A DNA stretch of 64,000 nucleotides. It comes from the human T2T-CHM13v2.0 reference genome, Homo sapiens. A model generated the notes under the pieces. It did not search any database and had not been told where the DNA came from. It saw only the letters and a list, made by a program, of their open reading frames with translations. The stretch is taken from assembly GCF_009914755.1 (NCBI RefSeq), contig NC_060930.1; one strand, given 5' to 3'. The first letter of the stretch is position 1. Every line of letters begins with the position of its first letter. The position numbers were made by a program, and so were the translations under genes. Positions 55,001 through 64,000 of the stretch are shown piece by piece.

Positions 55001-56632
55001 AACTCCTAGGACCTGACCCACCCAACACCTGAGGCCAGATACTTCACCCCTAGCGGCTGCTCATTCAACCCAAGATCCAACTAGCAAACTGTCCAAGGAA
55101 AACAGAGCTTCAAACCTTCCAGCTGCAGAAAGTCACCAAATCTTACAGCAAGCATCCTGGGTCACAAGGAGACAAACCCTTCCCAGCCAACGGACCGGGT
55201 CCCCATGACCCAGAGCCAGGGCAGGGAGGGCTTAGGAATTTAGAGGCTTTGCCTCAGAGGAGAGTCAACTGGTACTGTCTTCCCTTCCAACTGTCTCTCC
55301 AGCGTTCATCACCACTCTGGAAATAGTCATCTTTCATAACCCCTTCAGAAGAGTAAACAGTGTCTCCCTCTGGGTAAACCAGAAAGCCACAAAGCCTCCC
55401 CTGAGCAGGATGACAAGGAAGGGGGATGCTCCTCTGCTTCTGCCCTCAAGGACAGCTGCCTTTTCTGCAAACAGCTGGGTGATGGGGTGCTTCCCACTGG
55501 GGCCAACTGGCCGCGGGGCACTTCTCCCTGCTCTTCGTTCCTCCCTGCCAAAGCCTGCAGAACCCTCGAGGAAGCCTGCCCTAGCCACCAAGCAGCTCAG
55601 CACTGAGCTGGGGCTTCGGACTGGGCAGTCAGAGCCCCAAACACCTTTCTGTCTCCTACCTGTCTTTCTTCCTCCCCACTTCCTGGGGACCTAAGAGGCA
55701 GCCTCTCTCTCCCTATCCCACCTACCCGAGGACTCTTCGGCCAAATTGACTCCTACCACCAAATCCCAATGCCAACCCCGAGGCAAGCCCTGTGGCCCCT
55801 GGAGTTTCTGGAACCCTCTCTAGAATGTGGTTCAACCATAGGGCATCCCCTGCAGGCCCTGAATTATTATAGTACCAAAATATACCTTCCTTCCTCCTCC
55901 ACCTCCTCACAGCCTAGTTTGCAGTTAGGCTAACCGTCACAGCTGGCATGAGCTGTTTTCATCAGATTAAAATGCATGGCCCTTCTTCCCACACACTATT
56001 GTATTTCTGTTTGGTGAAGAATATTGAATACTCAACCACCCAAGTGCTTTAAATATCACTGAATCTCAGGAGGTGGAAGAGCAGAGTGGAGAAGATGAAT
56101 TATTTGAACTACTCAGAAATAAGCCTAACATGAAAGCAGGAAATTCATATGAAGTGGGCAGTGCCTCAAGCAACCTGATATCTTCAGGAAAGATAAGGTG
56201 GTGGCTTATTGCTCCCATCGCTCTCTGATCACAGACCTGGGACAGAGCACCTCTTCCAGGGCTCTTGATTCCTGTGATACACGAAGGCAGATGATCACGG
56301 TCGCCTTCATCCCCTCTTGGGGGCTAAGTACATTCACAGTCCCTTGGTTCTTGGTCTTTGTGTCCTTTGAAGCACATAAAAGTCTGGTGGATGAGTAGGA
56401 CCATGGTTGATAGAAAATTATTTCCCAGTACTGCACAGCATAGTGACTCAGCATGCATGCACACACACACCCCAAATTTTCATGAAACGATACTTAACCC
56501 TTATTGTGTGTGATGCACTTAATTCTATTTTTTTCTTTAAAAATGCTGGGCAGGACCCACCCGATGGATTCTATAACCCTTAACCCAAGCCCTAATGTGT
56601 CATAAACTACAGTTTTAAAAGCTGCTCTAAAG

Positions 56633-56980
56633 TAGGGTTGGAAAACTATGACCCTCGGGCCAAATCCTGCTGAAGGCTGCTGTTTTTGTACAATGCACTG
56701 CCTGATTTTATTCAGCTCGTCCCTAAGAATGGACATTTTTAAATGGTTCAAGACAACCAAAAGATGAATAATATCTCTTGTGTGAAGTTTATGTGAAATT
56801 GAAATTTTAGTGTCGACAAATGCGGCTTTTGTGGAATGCGGTCACACTCATTCACCTCCAGATTGTCCATGGCTGCTGTTGCAGTAGCAGGGAGTAGTAG
56901 GTGGGGCAGAGACCGTATGGCCTGCACAGCCCAGAATATTCATGTTCTGGCCCTTTGCAGAAAACTTGGCCCATGCCTGC
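56633..56980 (+). mobile_element. MER58B hAT-Charlie element
   Basis: tagggttggaaaactatg...gggccaaatcc...ctaagaatgg...ttatgtgaaatt...cagagaccgtatggcctgca...tggccctttgcagaaaa. Confidence 0.8.
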
Positions 56981-58569
56981 TCTGAAGCTTTGACAGCTGC
57001 AGGCTGGATTAACTGATCCATTCGTCAAACTGGTTGTCAGAGCCAGCATGTTTTAGTTATCCTTCAGTTTCTAACAGAAAAATCAGCATTATTACTTAAA
57101 AAATGCAAATGGTGATTTTTATTATGAGAGCAGATTCCTCAAGGGAGACGGAGTTATTTTCACATCAGAGAGAGAAAACAAATGGAATTTCTTGGTGGTA
57201 ATGGGGAGCTGGTCTCACTGCCCTTCTCACTCCCATTCTGAGGTCAATCATCTTGTATCTTCAAAGGGCACTTGAATTTTTAATCATCTTCTCTTATTGA
57301 CGCATTTAATTTGTGGTGAAAGAGAAAGATTTTTTTCTTAAAAAAAAAAATCCCTTTTGAATTTACTAACTTATAATGGTGAGCCTGCATTTCCTCCAGG
57401 AGAAGCAAGGCCAGGCCGATTTGAACAAATTCCACTTAAAATTCAAGAAACCCATGTGAGATGAAAAGTACCCTCAGAATGGCCACAAACAAAGACCTCA
57501 TAAAAGGCTAATGCCGTTTGTATAGAATTACAGGAAAGAAAGTGAGAGCTAGAGAGGCCCTCGCAGTTAAAGCCCCCAGCTTTTGTGAGGCTCAGGCAGG
57601 ATGGAAAAAAAATCTCCCTATTAGCATTCTAGCCGGATGGCCCTTTGTCCAGTGTAATCGGAGTGCGGTGGAAAATGCCAGGCAATTTAGCCTCTTAGGG
57701 TGGAAAACGAAGGGGCGAAGGAAAAGGGTTGGGGAAAAATAATCTGATGTTATCAGCTAGTGCTGGCAGAAAGACAAGTCTTGAGATTTTATGGGGTGGG
57801 GGTGGCTGAGCTGGGCAATGAACACAAATCCTGGGGGTTGCCCTGAGCGTGCCAGGCAGCGGGGAACGTTCAGCCCACAAGTACTGGACGGTCAGGACTA
57901 ATGAGCAGTCATCCAGGCTCAGTCAACAGCCCTCTCTGTGGCTTCCCGCCCACCCCTCCCACTGCTCTGGAAACCTCTCTCCCCTCGACCTTTCCTGGCT
58001 TTCGCCTAAGAACACGTCACTGGCCACTTCAAAGATTCTGTAACCCATCTCCTCCCCCAGCCACACTGTACCACAGGGTGGGCCCTATGGAGCCATATTT
58101 CTGCTATTTGGTATCAAAACTGTCCCCGAGGAGACTTGCTACTTCATTCAGGACTGAGCCAGGAAACCCAGGTTTCTAATGCATTCTCATCAAATGTACA
58201 TGACCCCCAGGTGAGCAGGAGGATGGGCAGCAGGGCCAAGGCCTGAGCTGCTGCAGTCATGGGGACCACCTCGAGGCAGATGGAGTTCCCATCTAGGCCA
58301 CACCAAACAGGAGAGCAGGGAGGGATGCTCTGGGTGGATGACTGTCCACCACCCGACTGGTAAGGCTGCTCCGTTTCTGAAATGGGCGTCAAGGCGAAAG
58401 CACTCCATGGCCTCCCCTCCCCAGGCAGGGCTGCTGGAGTGCTGAGAGGTGGCAGAGGCCATGGCAAAACCAGGCCCACCAGGACCACAGATAAGGAAGG
58501 GAGGAACAGGGCAGGTTGTGGAAGGAGATGTGAGAGTGCCTCTTGTCCTGCTGCTCTGACAGTGAAAAC

Positions 58570-58880
58570 CACGTACACGGACATGTACAGACACACAGAC
58601 ACTCACAAACATACACACACAGACATGCACACACACACACACACACAGCCATAGACACTTACAAGCATGCACACACAGACATGCACAGACACACACACAC
58701 ACAGCCACAAACACAAGCACATACAGACATGCACAGACACACTCACACACAGACACAGCCACAGAAGCTCACCGGCATGCATGCACAGACACACACAGAC
58801 ACATATTGACCCATTCACATACACGGCCACATACACACATAGGCATACTTGCAGACACACAAATACACAGACAGAGAGAA
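58570..58880. repeat. Composite (CA)-rich microsatellite with recurring acagacatgcac subunits (UG-rich in the pre-mRNA)
   Basis: About 300 bp of interrupted CA repeats. Confidence 0.92.
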
Positions 58881-61800
58881 AGAGAGCAGGTGAGCACACA
58901 CCAAGCCCCGGCCATAACAAAAGGGAGAAAAGGCTCTGATCTCTGCCATTCTTGTTTTTCCATCTGAAAATGAGAAACCTGCTACTGGGACTCACCTGAA
59001 TCATGGAAAATGGACTCACTTGAGTCCTTAAATCATACTCTCACAGCATATGAAAACTGCCAAGCTTCCTGGAGGTCTGAGGATAAATGGTGTCGCTTAC
59101 AGGTGTTCAAAAAGCAGAGAAATGACAATTCTTTAATTAATCTGAGTGAAGGAAAAGCACATAGTGCAAACCCAGAGCCAACAGCAGTTTAGAGACGCTC
59201 CCTGGATACGCATGGACAAGCCGCGTGCCCTGCAAACACCCGGGAGAAGATCAGTCGCCCCCGTGACCTGCACCTTGCTACCAGAACCCCCAGTGGTCAG
59301 CTTGTCCCAACAGGACTTTGTTGCTGAGGAACAGGGTCAAAATATGTATGAAAATACTACAGTGATTATATTCATTTTTTGCCTGAAATTTTAAGTAAGA
59401 CTTTTTACCCTGTTCTTCAGCAACGACCAGACCGTGTCAAGAGATGCAAAGTCTCACCTGTGAGTGCTCCGCCTAATCTAAAATTACATGTAAGTATTAT
59501 TACTTCCCTGCTCACAGGAATAATCTGTTATTCTTGGAGATTTTGAAGGCAAGATGGCAAAGGGCCATAAAAGGCACATAACTGTGGGCCTTTACCTGGC
59601 TGCTTAAACCAAAACCTGGTTTTCCAGCATTTGAACAAAAAAAGGGAAACTCCGTCTGTGTTAGATTTCCTATACCACAGCCAGCTCCCCAATGAAGAGG
59701 TGCTGCCTGATTCTCCCAGCTGCCAATCTTGCCCTCTTCTACAGCATTTTAGTTAAAATAACTTCCTGTGTCTCAACATCTGGCTTGAGCGGTTTGGCTT
59801 CAGGCCTGAATCCCACTCAATGGGAAATGCCGTGACCCTCATGCTGGGATTCACGATGTCACCTGCTTGATTGAGGTGTTCATTATGCTTTACAAAATCA
59901 CATGTATAAGACTATTAGGAAAACAGTTCAGCTGCAAATCACAAGACTAGGGCTACTGGAATTTTTGCTCCCAAATCACTAGATCAGTCAACCACTGCCT
60001 TTCCAGGTAAAGGGCTGTGCTCGCCTCGTCCCATTACCGAAGCTGTGATGTGGCTCTTCTGCCCTGTGCACTGCCACCCAAATGTACTCACGTGATTTCT
60101 GGCTTCCAGGGCTGCTGTTCCCAAGAGCTCCCTCCTCAGGAAGCCACACCATTCCCCCACCTTCTTAGTAGAGGCAGACTCTCCCTTCTACCACCAGTGT
60201 TTCCCAGGACCCCAGTTCTGGCCCAGAGCATGACAGCATCGAGGAAGCCTCATGCAGAGGCTCCTTACAGATCCCAGACTACCAACTTTTCCAGGTCTCC
60301 TATGCGTGGGCTGCTTTACTTTCTCTAAGAAGGCACAAGGAAAAATGCTGGTCCTTGGGTCGGTTGACTGAATCCTTTGATGTGACAGGTAGCTAAGCCA
60401 CTTATCTGGACCCATAAACCTCCTTGGCAGGCCTGATTGGATTGTGGAAATTTCGATGGTGATCACATGTGTTTTCTCCTTAGAGTTGGCATGGCCAAGA
60501 CAAGAGCCACATGCAACTTCTAAGCAAAACACACACACAGGCTCACACAAACACATAGCATGGTGCACTCCCAACGGAGAGGCAGTCAGGGCATTGGATG
60601 GGCAAAGACACTCCTTTCAGGACCCTTCAAAGGTAAATTCAACAGGAAGTGCACATTTACGGAGGAGCAAGTGACTAAAGGCACTCACAGACTTTTCCTT
60701 CTCTTGACTTGTGTACCTTTACATCTTTACATGAGGTGGGTTGGGTAAACAAAAGAAAATCTCAAGAAGATTCAGATTCTCTTTCCATGTCCCTGCTGCA
60801 TTTAATAAGTTCCTCGATTGTAGTGACCACTGTACTGTGGTCAGATCCATCGATATAGCAGAGACTCTGTGCCTCAAAGGCAAGGCAATGTCTTTCCATC
60901 CTCAAGAGACCCAGCATCCAGCAGGCACTCAAGAAAGGATGGGTGAACCATTTATTAGTGGGTAAAGCAATGGATGAACTGAAACACAGTCTGTTTTTAG
61001 TTGATGTCCCAGTAAGAGTGTTAGGGGGAAGTCAAGGTGTTGGAGGGGTTGCTCTAGATTTCAATGATCCACACCATCTCTAATTTCTTACTAATTAATC
61101 AAATAGTGAATGTCTAACAAATGGGGAAGGTACTATGCTGGGCCAAGTAGCCATGTAATGGGTTTCTGAATCTCATAATTCAACATCATCTTCTTCAACT
61201 GACACTTGTCTTTCCAGGTCAATTAAGCAGGCAGCCTCATTAGTTCATGGGTAGACAACACGCAGAACAGACAAAGCAGGACCTGAGGGCCAGAGGGTGA
61301 CAGTATCTAACTCTGCCCCTAAAAGCACAAGGCATTTGGACAATTTGTGCTACACTCTTTCCTTTAAACAGGCAACAGGAAAAACAATAAAAGATATTCC
61401 TACTACCGAGTTTATAAAAACACAAACAAAAAAAACCAGCGCCTCTCCACATGGCAGTATTCAAATCCTTATCTTTGGGCTCCTACCCTCTATCTGCTTG
61501 GAAACAGCTCCCTGTCTTTGTGGCCGCCACCCTCCCCAGCTAAAAAAAAAAAAGTCTCCCTCCAAATACTATCCAGTAGCTCTTCAAATAAAATGGGATG
61601 AATAGAGAGGCCTTGATAACCACCAGTTTTCTCATCTTCAAACTGGAAATCAGAAATAATATCAGTAAAGACATCGACTTATTAGGTACAGTGAGAAGCC
61701 TTTGAACTTAAAAGACGGGAGGAAGACAAGCATGCTGCTCGTGGGTTCGTCACACCCTGTTCTATGCAACAAAGCAACCCTCCCTGGGTCGAGAAAAAAA

Positions 61801-62403
61801 ATCTCCATGATGATCTCTTAGAAATATAAATGTATTTATAGATAGATATTTTCCCTCTTACCATGTGTATAAGAGAACAGGACGTTGCTGGGCAGAGGGA
61901 AGTTATTGTGTGAAGGCCAAGGTCATAACAAGGTTACCGTTCTCATGAGTCTGGGCTAGGTCTGGGCCCTCCCGCCCCGCTCCCTGTATCAGCCCCACTC
62001 CCAGGCTCCAGAGCTAGGCCACTTGATGCCTGGTCAGTCCTTTCTGTGCCTTCCCAAATTTACTCTCAATTTCTGGCTCATCTACTATTCTCATTTGCTA
62101 TTTCTTAAGTTCTGGGCCACGGGAGCCCAAGGTCTCACTCAGCCCTGCACAAACCCCAGCTCTCAAAGCCGGCGTCGCTCTCACTCATTCCCTGTCTCCG
62201 CATCGACACGGAGGAGCCACTGGATATAACGCTGAGGTATTAAAAAAAGAAGGAAGTTCAGAAAAACAAACACAGTACGACAGCATTTGTAGGAAGTTTT
62301 TTTTTAAAGGCAAAACTGTACAACGCAGTGTTCTAGATGTGGGAAAACCTAACGAAACTCATGAGGATGAAAAACAGCAAACGGGGTGGGGAGACTTGTG
62401 GAC

Positions 62404-62827
62404 AGGGGAGGGGGAGGAGGCGGGGGGCGCGGGAGGGGGAGGAGGCGGGGGGGGCGGGAGGGGGAGGAGGCGGGGGGGGCGGCAGGGGGAGGAGGCGGGG
62501 GGGCGGCAGGGGGGAGGCGGGGGGGCGGGAGGGGAGGAGGCGGGGAGGCGGGAGGGGGAGGAGGCGTGGGGGCGGGAGGGGGAGGAGGCGGGGAGGCGGG
62601 AGGGGGAGGAGGCGGGGGGGCGGGAGGGGGGAGGAGGCGGGGGGGCGGGAGGGGGGAGGCGGGGGGGCGGGAGGGGGCGGGAGGGGGAGGAGGCGGGGGG
62701 CGGGGGGGCGGGAGGGGAAGGAGGCGGGGGGGCGGGGGGGGCGGGGGGGCGGGAGGGGGAGGACGCGGGGGGGGCGGGGGGGGCGGGAGGGGGAGGAGGC
62801 GGGGGTGGGTGGAGGCGGGAGGGTGGG
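62404..62827. repeat. G-rich CpG-containing minisatellite (ggggaggaggcggg(g)nggcggga units)
   Basis: About 420 bp made almost entirely of G with A and C punctuation; dozens of G3-G8 runs. Confidence 0.95.
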
Positions 62828-63756
62828 ACTTATTAATGAGGCTTGTTTCCGAGTCCGGGTAGCAGATACACGTGACATCAGAAACATCTCATAATCACGA
62901 AAGAAATCGAAGCACGCGTGCTCTCTCGGGAGGGCCCTCCTTCTGCGTGCCAGCCCTTGGGATCTGGACTTCTGGCTCCTGGAAACATTCAAAAGGAAAC
63001 CGGTGGGCCATGGAACCGCTGACAGGATTGGATGGTAAAACAGTGTCTTAGATCCACCCTCGGTGCCTACAAGGGTAACAGGCCACACCCCCATCTCAGA
63101 GATGGCAGCGACCTCATCCAAGGGGCAGGGGAAGCCTCAGAGGAGTGATTTTAGCAGCCTCTCACTTCCTCATTTGCCTGTGAAAATAAAGCTGACCCTA
63201 AACTTACCGGCTCTGCACTACCCTCCCGCTGGCTGCTTCATTGTCCTGGGCAAATCTTCAGCCCCAGAGACAGTAGTGTTTATTTTAGAACCAAACCCGC
63301 TGGCCAGGACACCATCCACGTGAAACATTTCTTCCTAAGCCTGAAGCTTTGTTGTAACCCTGTTGTCTTCCTCCTTATTGGCTCAGCAGTGAGATGGGCT
63401 GGCTTGAACCTCCAGGTCTTGAAACCTGCCCAAGATACCAACAACCACCTGTAATAAGGTGCAGGATCCCGCTCAAGCCCTTCAGAGCATCTGTGGATGT
63501 GTTACCTCATATGCCCTCACCAAATCCTATAAATAAGAATATCAAGTAGTATCCCCATTTCCAAGATGGGAAATGGCCCCTTCAAAGGTCAGGTCACCGA
63601 CACTGTGATGCAGGTGGTGTCTCTAGGAGAGGCGCAGGCTTCTAGATCCCAACTGTCGTGGTTTGTTCTAAAGGCTGCAGCAGCCTGGACCATAAAGACA
63701 ATTTTAAAGCAGTAAACCTAGCAATACAGCCTGGAAGAGAAAACCAAAACAGAGCC

Positions 63757-63783
63757 AAAAAAAAAAAAAAAAAAAAAAAAAAA
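63757..63783. repeat. Poly(A)27 tract not attached to an Alu or L1 body
   Basis: Homopolymer seen directly. Confidence 0.9.
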
Positions 63784-64000
63784 CCCAAAACAAGGCAGGC
63801 ACTGTAATGAAATGCTCACATTTACTCCAGTGCCCACATCTGCATTCCCAGAGTCTCAGAAATCCAGCAGGATTCCAATGCCATGGAAATATGTATCATT
63901 GTTTTTGCCAAACAAACTCCCTTACCTTAAGCAAAGGTCAAGTACACTGTAAAACTCCCAGTGCAAACAACCAGCTGGAGGACTTATCCCAGCCTCTGTA

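Noticed and set aside
58144-59019. Cys/Val-rich and His/Thr-rich ORFs
   Set aside because: Translations of the (CA)n/(TG)n composite repeat.
62333-63121. Long Pro-rich and Gly/Arg-rich ORFs on both strands (up to 262 aa)
   Set aside because: They arise from a T-poor G-rich repeat that cannot encode stops; no protein-family signal.

Overview
Human genomic DNA (a human-specific AluYb8 is present) from inside the SLC22A23 gene (SLC22/MFS orphan transporter, recalled as chr6p25), transcribed on the minus strand. Only two coding exons lie in the window: 30358-30190 (169 nt) and 4646-4519 (128 nt, missed by the ORF track). They splice in frame across a 25.5-kb intron with canonical GT-AG sites. 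The rest is intron filled with Alu, L1, L2, MIR, solo LTRs (MSTB, MER74A, MER34-like, MER41A, MLT2), DNA-transposon fossils (Tigger4, MER5, MER58, MER3, MADE1) and several minisatellites. Nearly all other ORFs in the track are spurious. There is no prokaryotic-type system and no CRISPR array. The most notable unexplained structures are: a ~178-bp, ~91% identical inverted duplication around a 1.27-kb spacer, whose arms carry convergent poly(A) signals; a stop-at-donor plus MER58A-derived poly(A) site suggesting a truncated intronic-polyadenylation isoform; a candidate poison cryptic exon just upstream of a long UG-rich tract; a young AluYb8 near an exon; a 5'-inverted L1 with intact TSDs and a large internal gap; and a 420-bp almost pure G/A/C G-quadruplex-type repeat. 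Repeat family names come from recalled consensus sequences, not from a search.
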